A DNA stretch of 64,000 nucleotides, taken from contig CAWCHM010000009.1 in the NCBI GenBank assembly GCA_963795355.1, forward strand, positions 172,932 to 236,931. The letters run 5' to 3'. Below the pieces are notes generated by a model. It searched no databases. It saw nothing but the letters and a program-made list of their open reading frames with translations, and was not told where the DNA came from. How positions within the stretch are numbered: position 1 is the first letter of the stretch; each line of letters starts with the position of its first letter. Below are positions 35,373 to 45,413 of this stretch, in pieces. The DNA comes from an uncultured Acidobacteriota bacterium (GTDB lineage Bacteria > Acidobacteriota > Terriglobia > Acidiferrales > UBA7541). The position numbers and the translations under genes were made by a program.

Positions 35373-37436
35373 ATGATGCTGCGGCGGATGTGTGCGATGG
35401 CGGGGCTGGTGGTGGCGATTCTGGCCGGAACGACAATGGCGTTTGCCGGCGGGCAAGGCACGGCGGACGACAATGCAAAACTTGGTTTCAGCGTCGCGAA
35501 TATGGACACCACATGCAAGCCTTGCGATGACTTTTACAAGTACATCAATGGCGGATGGATGAAGAAGAATCCGATTCCGGCGCAGTATCCGGCGTGGGGC
35601 CCGGATCAAATCATGTTTGAGCGGACTGAGGCGCGGCTGCACGACATTTTAGAGGCGGCGGCAGCGAACAAGTCGGCGGCGGCGGATTCGAACGAGCAGA
35701 AAGTCGGCGATTACTACGCGAGCTGCATCGACACGAAAGCGATCGATGCGAAGGGGCTGAAGCCGCTCGACGGATATTTGCAGAGCATTGCAGCGATGCA
35801 CGACGGTGCGTCGCTACTGGAAACCGCGGCGCGATTGCAGGAGCAGGGCACCAACGTGTTGTTTGGGTATGGCTCGGATCAGGATTTTGCCGACAGCACG
35901 CAGGTGATCGGCGAGGTGCGGCAAGCCGGGCTTGGATTGCCGGATCGCGACTACTACACGCGCGACGACGACAAATCGAAGGAAATCCGGAAGCAGTACA
36001 TCGAGCACATGACGAAGATGTTTGTGCTGATGGGCGACGCGAAGGAATACGCGGCGAAGGAAGCGGAGACCGTGCTGGGGATCGAGACTTCGCTGGCGAA
36101 AGCTTCGCTGAATAACGTCGATCTGCGCGATCCGCAGAAAAACTACCACATGATGAGCGTGGCGGACGCGCAGAAGCTGACGCCGCACTGGAATTGGGAC
36201 GCGTATTTCCACGCGATTGGGAGCCCACAGCTGACCAAGATGAACGTGTCGCAGCCGGAATTTTTCAAGGCGATGAACGAGCTTCTCGCGAGCGTCTCGA
36301 TGGACGACTGGAAGACATACTACCGGTGGCAGTTGATTCACCGGTCGGCGCGGCTGCTGTCGGATCCGTTTGTGCAAGAGAACTTCGATTTTTCGGGGCG
36401 CGTGCTCGAAGGTACGACGGAGATGCGCGTGCGATGGCGGCGGTGTTCAGCGGCTGTGGACGACGGATTGCCGGAAGCGCTCGGGCAGATGTATGTGGCG
36501 AAATATTTTCCGCCGGCGGCGAAGGCGCGCGTGCTGGAGATGGTCCACAACCTGTTGGCGGCTTTGCACGAGGATTTGAAAGGCTTGGAATGGATGAGCC
36601 CGGAGACGAGGCAAGCCGCAGCCGAGAAACTGCAAGCGTTTGCGCTGAAGATCGGGTATCCGGACAAATGGCGCGATTATTCGAAACTGAAAATCGATCG
36701 CGAGTCATATGTCGGTAATGTGTTTCGCTCGACGGAGTTTGAAACCGCGCGCGACCTGGCGAAAATCGGCAAACCCGTCGATCACGCGGAATGGGGCATG
36801 TCGGCGCCGACGATCAACGCTTACTATAATCCGCAAATGAACGAGATCGTCTTTCCGGCAGGAATTTTGCAGGGCGTGTTTTTTGATCCCGACCGGGCGG
36901 ATTCGTATAACTACGGCGCGATTGGTTCGATCATTGGACATGAAATCACGCACGGGTTCGACGATCAGGGAGCGCAGTTCGATCCCAAGGGAAATCTGAA
37001 GAACTGGTGGACCGAGAAGGACCTGAAGAATTTTCAGGGTCGCGGGGAGTGCATTGCGAAGCAATTCGACGGATTCGAAATCGAAAAGGGGTTGCACGAA
37101 AACGGGAAGCTTGTCGAAGGCGAGAGCATCGCGGACCTCGGTGGGCTGACGATTTCGTATGCGGCGTTCGAAAAATCGATGCCGCCGGGCATTGCGGGTA
37201 AGACGAAGGATGCGAATGGATTCACGCCGCAGCAGCAATTCTTTGTGGGATATGCGGCGGTGGCGGCGATGAATTTGCGGCCAGAGTATGCGCGGTTGTT
37301 GGCGAATACCGATCCGCATCCGTTGCCGGAATTTCGCGTGAATGGGCCGCTTTCGAATATGGAGGCGTTCAAGAAGGCGTTTGGATGCGAGAAGGGGCAG
37401 CCGATGGTGCGGGAGGATGTTTGCAAGATTTGGTGA
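35373..37436 (+). CDS. M13-family zinc metallopeptidase, copy 2 (tandem paralogue)
   Basis: PCDDFYKY, NAYY, GHEITHGFDD, GESIAD and CKIW. Start taken at MMLRR, near a GGAG RBS. Confidence 0.95.
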   Translation: MMLRRMCAMAGLVVAILAGTTMAFAGGQGTADDNAKLGFSVANMDTTCKPCDDFYKYINGGWMKKNPIPAQYPAWGPDQIMFERTEARLHDILEAAAANKSAAADSNEQKVGDYYASCIDTKAIDAKGLKPLDGYLQSIAAMHDGASLLETAARLQEQGTNVLFGYGSDQDFADSTQVIGEVRQAGLGLPDRDYYTRDDDKSKEIRKQYIEHMTKMFVLMGDAKEYAAKEAETVLGIETSLAKASLNNVDLRDPQKNYHMMSVADAQKLTPHWNWDAYFHAIGSPQLTKMNVSQPEFFKAMNELLASVSMDDWKTYYRWQLIHRSARLLSDPFVQENFDFSGRVLEGTTEMRVRWRRCSAAVDDGLPEALGQMYVAKYFPPAAKARVLEMVHNLLAALHEDLKGLEWMSPETRQAAAEKLQAFALKIGYPDKWRDYSKLKIDRESYVGNVFRSTEFETARDLAKIGKPVDHAEWGMSAPTINAYYNPQMNEIVFPAGILQGVFFDPDRADSYNYGAIGSIIGHEITHGFDDQGAQFDPKGNLKNWWTEKDLKNFQGRGECIAKQFDGFEIEKGLHENGKLVEGESIADLGGLTISYAAFEKSMPPGIAGKTKDANGFTPQQQFFVGYAAVAAMNLRPEYARLLANTDPHPLPEFRVNGPLSNMEAFKKAFGCEKGQPMVREDVCKIW

Positions 37437-37469
37437 TGTAGGTTTCCTACGTCGCTGAAATCGAAGAGA

Positions 37470-37547
37470 GATTCCTCCACTGCGCAAGCCGACGCGTTCG
37501 CAGGAGCGAACGCGAAGAAAAAGCGTCGGCTTGCTCCGCTCGGAATC
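37470..37547. repeat. Nested palindromic intergenic element (REP/MITE-like)
   Basis: Outer arms GATTCC/GGAATC; 12-bp arms GCAAGCCGACGC (37484-37495) and GCGTCGGCTTGC (37523-37534); inner hairpin CGCGTTCGC-AGGA-GCGAACGCG. Confidence 0.7.
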
Positions 37548-37562
37548 ACAGTCACATAAACG

Positions 37563-37598
37563 AAGGGCGCGACGGTTGAGGTCGCGCCCTTTTGTTTT
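37563..37598 (+). terminator. Intrinsic terminator between the convergent M13 and TonB-dependent receptor genes
   Basis: AAGGGCGCGAC/GTCGCGCCCTT 11-bp stem followed by TTGTTTT. Confidence 0.75.
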
Positions 37599-37645
37599 AT
37601 TGTGCCGCTTTTGGAATCGCCGTGGCGATTGAGATTGTGTCGAAG

Positions 37646-40600
37646 CTAGAAGAGGAACTTCAGGCCGAGTTGGATGTGGCGGGAGCCGCCGGAGCCGATG
37701 ACGGGGTTCGAGGCCCAGACATCGGGCGTTGCGCGCGCGAGGCCGAGGCTGCTGCCCGACAGGTTTTTGCGGATCGAACCGATCGAGTAGATCGGGTGAT
37801 TGAGTACGTTGAAGACTTCGCCGCGGAACTGGAGCTTGAAGCGTTCGCCAAGGTTCCAGGTTTTGCCGAGCGAACCGTCCCAATCGGCGAAGCCAGGACC
37901 GCGGAAGAGGTTGCGGCCCATGTTGCCGAAGGTGCCGATCGCATTGGGATACATGACCGTACCGTTCTGAACGTAGCAGCCTTCTTCTTCGACAAGGCTT
38001 TCGAGCAAAGCGGGCGTGTTGGCGGCCGAAAGGCACGATGAATACGCAGCGTCGCCCGGTTCCACAAACGGAATCGGATTGGTCTGCGACCACTTGATGT
38101 TTTTCGGGCTGCCGAGAATATTCCAGCGGTCGTTGCCCGCGTTGTTGAAGCCTTCACCAGTGCCGGTGAAGTCGGAACTGGCGTCGTAAAACTCCATCGG
38201 ATAGCCGTCCTGGACGGTGACGAGGCTGGTAACTTGCCAGCCCTTGCCCATTTGGAGCGGCGCCTTGAAGCCGGGGATTTCGTAGGTGGCGGAGAACGTA
38301 AAGCGATGACGAATGTCGTAATCGCTGCTGGCGCGTTCGGCCGGGAAATCGAAGCTATTTTGCGGCACGTCCGCGAGGTTGGTGGTTTCAGCCGCCGTAT
38401 CGATTGCGTGCGCGTAGGTATAGCCTGCGAGCAAGTACAGACCTTTGGAATATTTCTTGGTCAGGGTGACCTGCAAGCCGTGATAGATCGAACTCGACTG
38501 GTTGCCGAGGGTGTTCACGAAGCCGAGGTATGGAAAGCACGGGCCGCCAGTCCCGAGGCCGCCGAGCGCGACCGGGCAATTGGTCGAGAACGGACGGGCG
38601 GGCTGGTAGCAGGGCGTGTTGTCTGAGAACGAGGAGTAGCAACCGGTCGCGGGATCAGTGGCGATCGCGGGATTCGGCTGGTTTTGGTCGACGGTACTGT
38701 AGAGCTTGACGCCGCGATTGCCAACGTAGGCGACTTGCAACAGCATCGTGGGGCTGAGTTGTTGCTGGATGTTGAGGTTCCAGTTCAGCACGTAAGGCGT
38801 GTGGAGATTGGGGTCAACCGCGAAGACCGTGCAGGGAACCTCGGTGCTGCACGAGGCTGCACCTGTACCGGTGACGGGGAAGATTGGGCCAGCCTGGTTC
38901 CAATTGACGAGGCTCGGATCGGCGCCGGAAACCAAGAAGGTGTTGAGATTTCCAGAGCCCGGAACGGTCGTGCCGTCGGGAAGAATCTTGGGCAGACCGC
39001 TGGGATTGAGATTGAGTCCACCGCCGCCGAACATGAAGGTACGGATCGAAGGCTGAATGAAAATCATGCCAGCGCCGGAGCGCACGACCGTCTTACCGGT
39101 GCCGAAAACATCCCACGCGACGCCAAGACGCGGCGAAACGTTGTTGTAATTCGTCGGATAGAGCTGGCCGAGGCCGTGCCCGACCTGAACGAGGCCTTGC
39201 GTCGGGTCGAAATTGGCGAGCAGATTGTTTTTCTCTGTGATTGGGAAGGTGATGTCGTAGCGTACGCCAAGGTTGATGGTGACGTGGCGCGTGATGCGGA
39301 AATCATCCTGCGCAAAGAAACCATACGACTGCATGCTGACGTTGCGCGCGGGCTCGCCGAACTGGAGGCTCCAGTCTTCGACATTACCGGTGAGAAAGTC
39401 AGTGAGGCTGTTGAATTCGATGCGACCGCGACCTTCGGTTGCGCGGAGATAGTCCACAGCGCCGTTGCTGAAGACGCCGCCGAAGCGGAATGTGTGTTTC
39501 CCGTGAATCAAAGAAACGGTGTCGGAATAATTTTCAGTGTGGCTCGGATTCGTCCAGAGCGGCCAGCTGGAATTGCCTCCGAGGTAGTCGAAGTCTTGGG
39601 TGTTGGTGTCGATGCGTGGCAAACCGAAGAGGCGTGGGTCGGTGATGCCGGTGTTCAAGCCATATGCCGATGCTGGGGTGTTGGAATCGACGGGCACTAT
39701 TTTTTCGTAGAAGCGGTTGTAGCTGAAGCGCGCGTCGTTGGTCCAAACGGAGTTCGGTGTGAGGGTCCAATCCACGCCGAAAACATGCGTGGTTGGCTTG
39801 GCGGTGGTGAGCCACTGTGGGCGCAGCGCGTCGGTGTCCTCTTCGATTTCGTTCGAGTTCGCATAGATATAGCGGACCGAAATCGTGTTTTTGTCGTTGA
39901 GGTGATAGTCGGACTTGACGACGAGATTGTCTTCGCGATTCGTGTTGTTGAGGTCGTAGTTGATCGCGGACGGATCATTCGGATCGAATGTGAAGCCGGG
40001 GTTCTTAGGAAAGAGGCTCAGGAGCTGCAGGCTGAGCGGATTGCAGGCCGCAGGGCAGCCGGCAGCAGCTTCGGCATCGGGGATGCTGTACTCGGTCGGG
40101 TCGATGCCGCTGGAGGCCGTGAGCGGGTTGCCGATCAGCGACGACGTTGCAGGCGTGAACACACTGAACGGGTTGCCGACTTTGTCGCGCACGCCTTCGT
40201 AGTTCGCGAAGTAGAACCACTTTTGCTTTTTGATCGGGCCGCCGATGGAAGCGCCAAACTGGTGCAGCAACAGCGCGGAAAAGGGCTGTGGCGTCGGATT
40301 GAAGTAGTTGCGCGCGTCGAATGCGGAATTGCGATGGAAGTAGTACGCGCTGCCGTGAATGTCGTCGGTGCCGGACTTGATGCCGATGTTGACGACCACG
40401 CCGGGTTTGGCGCCGAACTCGGCCCCCGGCTGTTCGGTGGTGTTGAATTCCTGCATGGCGTCGAGCGGGAGCGTGCTGGCCGGCGTGCCGGAGATGCCGG
40501 CGTCGTTCATGACGGTTTCACCGTAGTAGGCGTCGTTGTCGGTCGCGCCGTCGATGATGAAGTTGTTGTCGTCTGGGCGATTGCCGTTGGACGTGAGCGT

Positions 40601-41134
40601 GTGGAAGCCGCCGCCCGGATCGCGCTGCACGCCGGGGTGAAGCGGGAGCAAGTTCTGGAAGTCGCGGCCCTGGAGCGGCAATTCGTTGATCGCTTTGTTG
40701 GAGAGGACGCCGCTGAGGACGGCGTTGCTCGCTTCGGTCAGCGGAGCTTCGTCTTTGACTTCGACAACCTCGGTAATCGAGCCGATCCTCATGTGGAAGT
40801 CGATCTTGAGATCATTGCCGACTTCGATCTGCACGCGTTCGCGGACGACTTTGGTGAAGCCGGGCGCTTCGACAGTCATCGAATAAAATCCGGGATCGAT
40901 GCTTGGCGCGGAATAATCGCCCGTCGAGTTGGTCTGAAGCCTGCGGCTCACGTGCGTCGCGAGATTTTCGATATTGATCGTCGCGTTGGGCACCGTGGCG
41001 CCTGTCGAATCGGTGACCTGGCCGCTGATGCGGCCTTGCGCGGTCTGTGCGAATGCGCCTGGCGCGGCGAATGCTAAAGCCGCAACCAGCATTGCGAGAA
41101 GCGAAAAGACGAAACACTTGCGTTGCCGAACCAT
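37646..41134 (-). CDS. TonB-dependent receptor, Oar-like, with a carboxypeptidase-regulatory N-domain
   Basis: Signal peptide, GRISGQVTDSTGA, INELPLQGRDF, NFIIDGATDND, IKSGT, FDARNYF, NLGVRYD and C-terminal QLGLKFLF. Start ATG 41134 follows a GGGGAG RBS. Confidence 0.93.
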   Translation of the reverse strand: MVRQRKCFVFSLLAMLVAALAFAAPGAFAQTAQGRISGQVTDSTGATVPNATINIENLATHVSRRLQTNSTGDYSAPSIDPGFYSMTVEAPGFTKVVRERVQIEVGNDLKIDFHMRIGSITEVVEVKDEAPLTEASNAVLSGVLSNKAINELPLQGRDFQNLLPLHPGVQRDPGGGFHTLTSNGNRPDDNNFIIDGATDNDAYYGETVMNDAGISGTPASTLPLDAMQEFNTTEQPGAEFGAKPGVVVNIGIKSGTDDIHGSAYYFHRNSAFDARNYFNPTPQPFSALLLHQFGASIGGPIKKQKWFYFANYEGVRDKVGNPFSVFTPATSSLIGNPLTASSGIDPTEYSIPDAEAAAGCPAACNPLSLQLLSLFPKNPGFTFDPNDPSAINYDLNNTNREDNLVVKSDYHLNDKNTISVRYIYANSNEIEEDTDALRPQWLTTAKPTTHVFGVDWTLTPNSVWTNDARFSYNRFYEKIVPVDSNTPASAYGLNTGITDPRLFGLPRIDTNTQDFDYLGGNSSWPLWTNPSHTENYSDTVSLIHGKHTFRFGGVFSNGAVDYLRATEGRGRIEFNSLTDFLTGNVEDWSLQFGEPARNVSMQSYGFFAQDDFRITRHVTINLGVRYDITFPITEKNNLLANFDPTQGLVQVGHGLGQLYPTNYNNVSPRLGVAWDVFGTGKTVVRSGAGMIFIQPSIRTFMFGGGGLNLNPSGLPKILPDGTTVPGSGNLNTFLVSGADPSLVNWNQAGPIFPVTGTGAASCSTEVPCTVFAVDPNLHTPYVLNWNLNIQQQLSPTMLLQVAYVGNRGVKLYSTVDQNQPNPAIATDPATGCYSSFSDNTPCYQPARPFSTNCPVALGGLGTGGPCFPYLGFVNTLGNQSSSIYHGLQVTLTKKYSKGLYLLAGYTYAHAIDTAAETTNLADVPQNSFDFPAERASSDYDIRHRFTFSATYEIPGFKAPLQMGKGWQVTSLVTVQDGYPMEFYDASSDFTGTGEGFNNAGNDRWNILGSPKNIKWSQTNPIPFVEPGDAAYSSCLSAANTPALLESLVEEEGCYVQNGTVMYPNAIGTFGNMGRNLFRGPGFADWDGSLGKTWNLGERFKLQFRGEVFNVLNHPIYSIGSIRKNLSGSSLGLARATPDVWASNPVIGSGGSRHIQLGLKFLF

Positions 41135-41542
41135 CGTGGACTCCCCCTGAAAAGCGATTGAGTTCTTCGGTACTTCCTTGGACTGACTCACACACCGACG
41201 CGTGAGCAGTGCTCCGCCACAAAAAAACTGAAACATTTGTTGAAAAGGAGGCTTACAAGCCGGATTCGAGTGTTCCGGCGGCGACCAAGACGCTGACCTG
41301 CGTCACGGCAACATTGCGGAAATTGTCAGACACGCGCCCACCCTCCTGAGCAACCATGCACCAAATTCCGTTGGCGCGAGTATGCGAGACGCGTTATGAG
41401 GTGTCAATCTTGAAAACTCTGACTCGTCATCCGCTTGATACGGGGCGACGGCTTTACGATTCCATTCACGCGCGCGACTTGACCGCCACGAGAAAAACGT
41501 TTACGACTCTGTGCTGAGAAATCTGCGTTCGGGAGAAATTGG

Positions 41543-42556
41543 ATGAACCGGTTCAGAGTGGTACGAACGTTGATGATTGGCGCGAGTTTTCTCTCGCTGT
41601 GTGCGATGGTCGCGCCTCGCGCCACCGCGAAATGGCGGTACACGCGAACCGGAAGCCCAACCGACATCGCCGTGGTACCGCGGACGGGTTATGCGTTGAT
41701 GGGCGGCGGTGCCAAACAGGATCCCGCGTTTCACTTTTTGTGCGAGCGCACCAATGGCGGTGATTTTCTGATCTTGCGGGCGAATACCGATGACGAATAC
41801 GCCCAGGGCGTGAACAAAGAAATCTTCGCAATGTGCCACCTGAATTCGGCGGCTACCATCGTTTTTGAGGAGCGCGAAGACTCCGACGATGAAACGCTTG
41901 TGCAGATCATCGACCACGCCGAGGGAATTTTCATCGCGGGCGGCGATCAATCGAATTATCTGCGTTTCTGGCAGGACACGCCGGTGCAAGCGGCGCTCAA
42001 CAAGCACATTGCAGCGGGCAAACCTATCGGAGGCTCGAGCGCTGGGCTTGCAGTGCTGGGAGAATTTTCCTTCTCGTCGATGATCGACACGATCCACTCG
42101 CCGGAGGCGCTCGCCGATCCTTACTCAAACAAAATCACGATATCGCGCGAATTTCTGAAGATTCCTCTATTGACGGGGATCATCACCGATACCCATTTCG
42201 CCACGCGCGATCGCATGGGACGGCTGCTCGTTTTCATGGCGCGTATTCTGCAAGACGACTGGGCGAAACAGGTGCGCGCGATCGCTGTCGAAGAAAACGT
42301 GGCTTTCCTGCTCGAACCCGACGGCAGTGGCAAGGTCGTGGGCGAGGGATCGGCCTATTTCCTGGAGGCGAAGCGTCCGCCAGCGGTCTGCCGCCACAAT
42401 GAGCCGCTGAAATTTGACGGCGTCTCGGTGCGGCGCTTGGGAGATAAGGGAACGTTCAACGTGAAGAGTTGGAGCGGGAATGACGGCGATACGTATTCGC
42501 TCTCGACGCAGGCTGGCGAGTTGACACCGAGCGGTTCGGACCACGGAATCTATTGA
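41543..42556 (+). CDS. Exported cyanophycinase-like serine peptidase (S51)
   Basis: Signal peptide, LMGGG, GIFIAGGDQSNY, GGSSAG (catalytic Ser) and DTHF...RMGRL. Confidence 0.85.
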   Translation: MNRFRVVRTLMIGASFLSLCAMVAPRATAKWRYTRTGSPTDIAVVPRTGYALMGGGAKQDPAFHFLCERTNGGDFLILRANTDDEYAQGVNKEIFAMCHLNSAATIVFEEREDSDDETLVQIIDHAEGIFIAGGDQSNYLRFWQDTPVQAALNKHIAAGKPIGGSSAGLAVLGEFSFSSMIDTIHSPEALADPYSNKITISREFLKIPLLTGIITDTHFATRDRMGRLLVFMARILQDDWAKQVRAIAVEENVAFLLEPDGSGKVVGEGSAYFLEAKRPPAVCRHNEPLKFDGVSVRRLGDKGTFNVKSWSGNDGDTYSLSTQAGELTPSGSDHGIY

Positions 42557-42566
42557 TTTCGCAAAA

Positions 42567-43397
42567 TCAGAAGCGAAACGAAAAGCCGGCCACGATCTGC
42601 AAGCTGCTCTGCCACTCGCCGAACATGTGCGTGCCGAGATAATCCGCTCCACCTTTCGCCGAGATCACATTGTTGATCGCGTAATCGACGCCGCCACCCA
42701 CCGTGATTTCAGCTCCGTTCTGCCCGCCGCTCGCCGTTTGCGGAATCAGATGTACGCCGCCGAGGAGTGCGTGAGCCCAAGGCTCAAGGCGGCCATGGCC
42801 GAACGAAAACTTTGGGCCGGCGCCGTAGCTGAGGTAACGAAAATGTTCGTTTGCGAAAACGGGCGGCGCGAAAGCGGTTGTGATCGCTCCTTCGATCGCC
42901 ACCCATTCTTTCCACCAGTATGCGAGGGATGAGTTGAATCCCGGCGCGCTGGCGTAATAGACCGATGAGCGAAATCTTACGAGCGCGAAAGCCAGGCCAA
43001 GCTGCCATTTGTTTGGATTTTCGTTGTAATAGTAGGGCTTCGGTTTTGGCTTTGATGCCGGGAAGGCGGGCTTCGCCGACCACGCGGGATTCGCTTCCGC
43101 CATAGGCGAAGACGCATCGAGCGGCGCGAAATGGGTGTAAGCAGCCAGATTGCCCGGATCGGAAATCGTTAGCGAAAAGGACGAACGATGGTCGAGCGGC
43201 GCTACCGCCATAAGCGAAGTATCTGTAAGGGGAAACTGTGCCGTCGTGAAGAACGGTTCCGGCGCCACGGTAAAAACGGGCCCAGCGTCTGGAGCGAGCG
43301 AAGCGGTTTGATTTTGCCCGCGCGCAAGTCCGCAAACCAAGGACGATTGCATCGACAGCGCGACGGCAAACGAAAACCGCAAGACGAAACTATTCAC
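42567..43397 (-). CDS. Small outer-membrane beta-barrel protein
   Basis: Signal peptide, low-complexity linker, about 8 alternating strands and C-terminal GFSFRF. Confidence 0.7.
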   Translation of the reverse strand: MNSFVLRFSFAVALSMQSSLVCGLARGQNQTASLAPDAGPVFTVAPEPFFTTAQFPLTDTSLMAVAPLDHRSSFSLTISDPGNLAAYTHFAPLDASSPMAEANPAWSAKPAFPASKPKPKPYYYNENPNKWQLGLAFALVRFRSSVYYASAPGFNSSLAYWWKEWVAIEGAITTAFAPPVFANEHFRYLSYGAGPKFSFGHGRLEPWAHALLGGVHLIPQTASGGQNGAEITVGGGVDYAINNVISAKGGADYLGTHMFGEWQSSLQIVAGFSFRF

Positions 43398-43565
43398 AGA
43401 TGTGTGTGCCCTCAGCGGCCTTGGGCTAGCTCTTTAACTACGGTAAACACACCCGTGCGGTGAATGTTTATTTTCTTTCGTTGTGCTGCGACACCCGCAA
43501 CAGCGCGAAGAAGCGGCGCAAGTCATGCGTTATGTGGCTCGCGCCAACCGTGTGAAGCTTCGCGG

Positions 43566-43937
43566 CTACCGGCCGTGACGTAGATAATCGTCGGTTTTAT
43601 TCAGCCAGTCAGCGCGTGGCGGATTGAACACGTCGAGATCGATGGTTTCCTCGAGCGCCCACGCCTCATGCGGCATGTTCGGCGGGATACAGAGAACTTC
43701 GCCCGCGCGCACGACGACTTCCTTGCCGTCGATCGCAAATTTCAGAGCGCCTTCAAGAATGTAGGTGACCTGCTCGTTGTGATGCTGGTGCAACGGCACG
43801 TGCGCGCCCTTCTTCATCAGCACACGCGCGAGCATCACCTCATTGCCAACGACCATTTCGCGGTCGATCAATGGATTCAATTTCTCGCGCTCAACTTCTT
43901 TCCATGGAATGTATTTGAAGCTCCCAGGCGTGCTCAT
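43566..43937 (-). CDS. Cupin domain protein
   Basis: PLHQHHNEQVTYILEG...IPPNMPHEA. Confidence 0.9.
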   Translation of the reverse strand: MSTPGSFKYIPWKEVEREKLNPLIDREMVVGNEVMLARVLMKKGAHVPLHQHHNEQVTYILEGALKFAIDGKEVVVRAGEVLCIPPNMPHEAWALEETIDLDVFNPPRADWLNKTDDYLRHGR

Positions 43938-45271
43938 TTGGATCCCCCATACAGTTTTGCGGCGTTGTCGTGCAGATACATATGCGCGATTTCCATTGCT
44001 TTCGCCTCGGTGTAAGCACCCTCCGAGACGAGTTCCGCGAGCGCGGCGGCCAGCGCCGTGCGCGTGCTGCGCGCCGACAGCCAGAAGCTTTCCTCCGCTC
44101 CAAGCGCGTCGTTGAACGGAAACGCGTCGGACGCGTACATCATTTTTTCCGGGAACATCGTCACAAGCTGCTTCAGAACTTCCTTGAATTGCGACGGGTA
44201 CAGGAATTCCGATTGAAACGACGTGTCGAGATACACGTTTTTCACCGCGGTGAACAGCGCAGCTTCCTTGTAATACGGCCAGCCACCGTGAAGGAGCACG
44301 AATGTCTGGTCTTTGTAGCGCGGATCGCGCAAAACGTTTTCGAGGTTCATGACTTTGCCGTTGTTCAGGCTGAAGTAGTCGCCGATGCCGACGGCGCTGT
44401 GAATGTGCGTCGCGATGTGCAACTTGCCCGCCTGATTGATGAGCACACGGAAGATGTAATCCTGGAAAACGTTGTATTCGTCGAGCGTTGGTACTCCGCC
44501 CGCGTGATATTTCGCGTAAATTGCTTCGGCGGTTGCGCGGGGAGGATCCGTGAAATAGAGGGAGCGGAAGTATGCTGCTTCGAATTTCATCGCTACGCCA
44601 CCGCGCTTCTCGACGTTGTCGGTCATCGTGCGGCGGATGAAATCCTCGTAGCCCGCGAGATCGGCGGGAAGTCCCTCGACGCCTTCCATCTTTTTATAGC
44701 GCGAGAGCATTTTTTCCTGGAGCGGGATGTAGACGCCCATATCAGGCGTGCTCGCCGTTCGTTCGCTGTTGTCGAACGGATAGAAAAAAGAATCAACGAA
44801 GAAAACCCAGTGGAAGCGCTTGGGATCGAGATACGGCGCCATCATCGCGCGGTTGGCAAGAACGGTCTCGGTGTTCAGCTTGTCGAGAATGGAATCGAAA
44901 TATTTTGTGTCGCCGGCCGCTTCGGCCGCTTTCGATTTGTCGGCGAGCCATTTCAGGTGCTCGGGGGAAAAATCGTTGTAGGGATAGCCGAGCATCTGCT
45001 TCGCGGCGGTAATGAATTCCGGATTGTCGGCGCGCGTGCGCATGAAATCAGTCTCGCCGGGCACCGCCGCCATGGCATCGACATCGCTGTCGTCGCCGAA
45101 TCCTGGGTGAGCATGATTGTCGTAGAGCGGAATTTTTTCGATTTGCGGGAGCAGGCGGTCGTAAATCTTCTGCACGTCGGGGCCGGGGAGGGGCCGCGCC
45201 TGTGCGCCCGCTGTCGTTGCGACGAAGAGTGCGGCGAAGAGCGTTAGCGTAAAGTGAATCAAATGTTTCAT
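43934..45271 (-). CDS. Exported amidohydrolase-family protein (FluG/NodGS N-domain-like)
   Basis: Signal peptide, DNHAH, HIHSAVG, LLHGG and YASDA; its stop overlaps the cupin start. Confidence 0.75.
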   Translation of the reverse strand: MKHLIHFTLTLFAALFVATTAGAQARPLPGPDVQKIYDRLLPQIEKIPLYDNHAHPGFGDDSDVDAMAAVPGETDFMRTRADNPEFITAAKQMLGYPYNDFSPEHLKWLADKSKAAEAAGDTKYFDSILDKLNTETVLANRAMMAPYLDPKRFHWVFFVDSFFYPFDNSERTASTPDMGVYIPLQEKMLSRYKKMEGVEGLPADLAGYEDFIRRTMTDNVEKRGGVAMKFEAAYFRSLYFTDPPRATAEAIYAKYHAGGVPTLDEYNVFQDYIFRVLINQAGKLHIATHIHSAVGIGDYFSLNNGKVMNLENVLRDPRYKDQTFVLLHGGWPYYKEAALFTAVKNVYLDTSFQSEFLYPSQFKEVLKQLVTMFPEKMMYASDAFPFNDALGAEESFWLSARSTRTALAAALAELVSEGAYTEAKAMEIAHMYLHDNAAKLYGGSK

Positions 45272-45348
45272 GCGAGTCGGCTCCGGGCTGGATTGGCTGT
45301 GGCCTGAGACTGCGTCGACTTCATCGAGCATGCCGTAACTTTACAAGT

Positions 45349-45376
45349 GTAAGGGCGCAGCACGCTGCGCCCTTAC
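45349..45376. repeat. REP-like perfect palindrome
   Basis: GTAAGGGCGCAGC-AC-GCTGCGCCCTTAC. Confidence 0.75.
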
Positions 45377-45413
45377 GACAAAATCGTTTCGACCGATCTT
45401 CTTTGCAGCCGAA

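Noticed and set aside
38684-41077. 797-aa plus-strand ORF, and other long antisense ORFs (14171-15130, 16586-17752, 18928-20289, 25246-26541, 53971-55257)
   Set aside because: Each lies opposite a well-supported gene and has no recognisable motif; such ORFs are expected in GC-rich DNA.
41350-41363. Sigma54-like TGGTGCATGGTTGC upstream of the receptor
   Set aside because: GG-to-GC spacing is 9, not the required 10.
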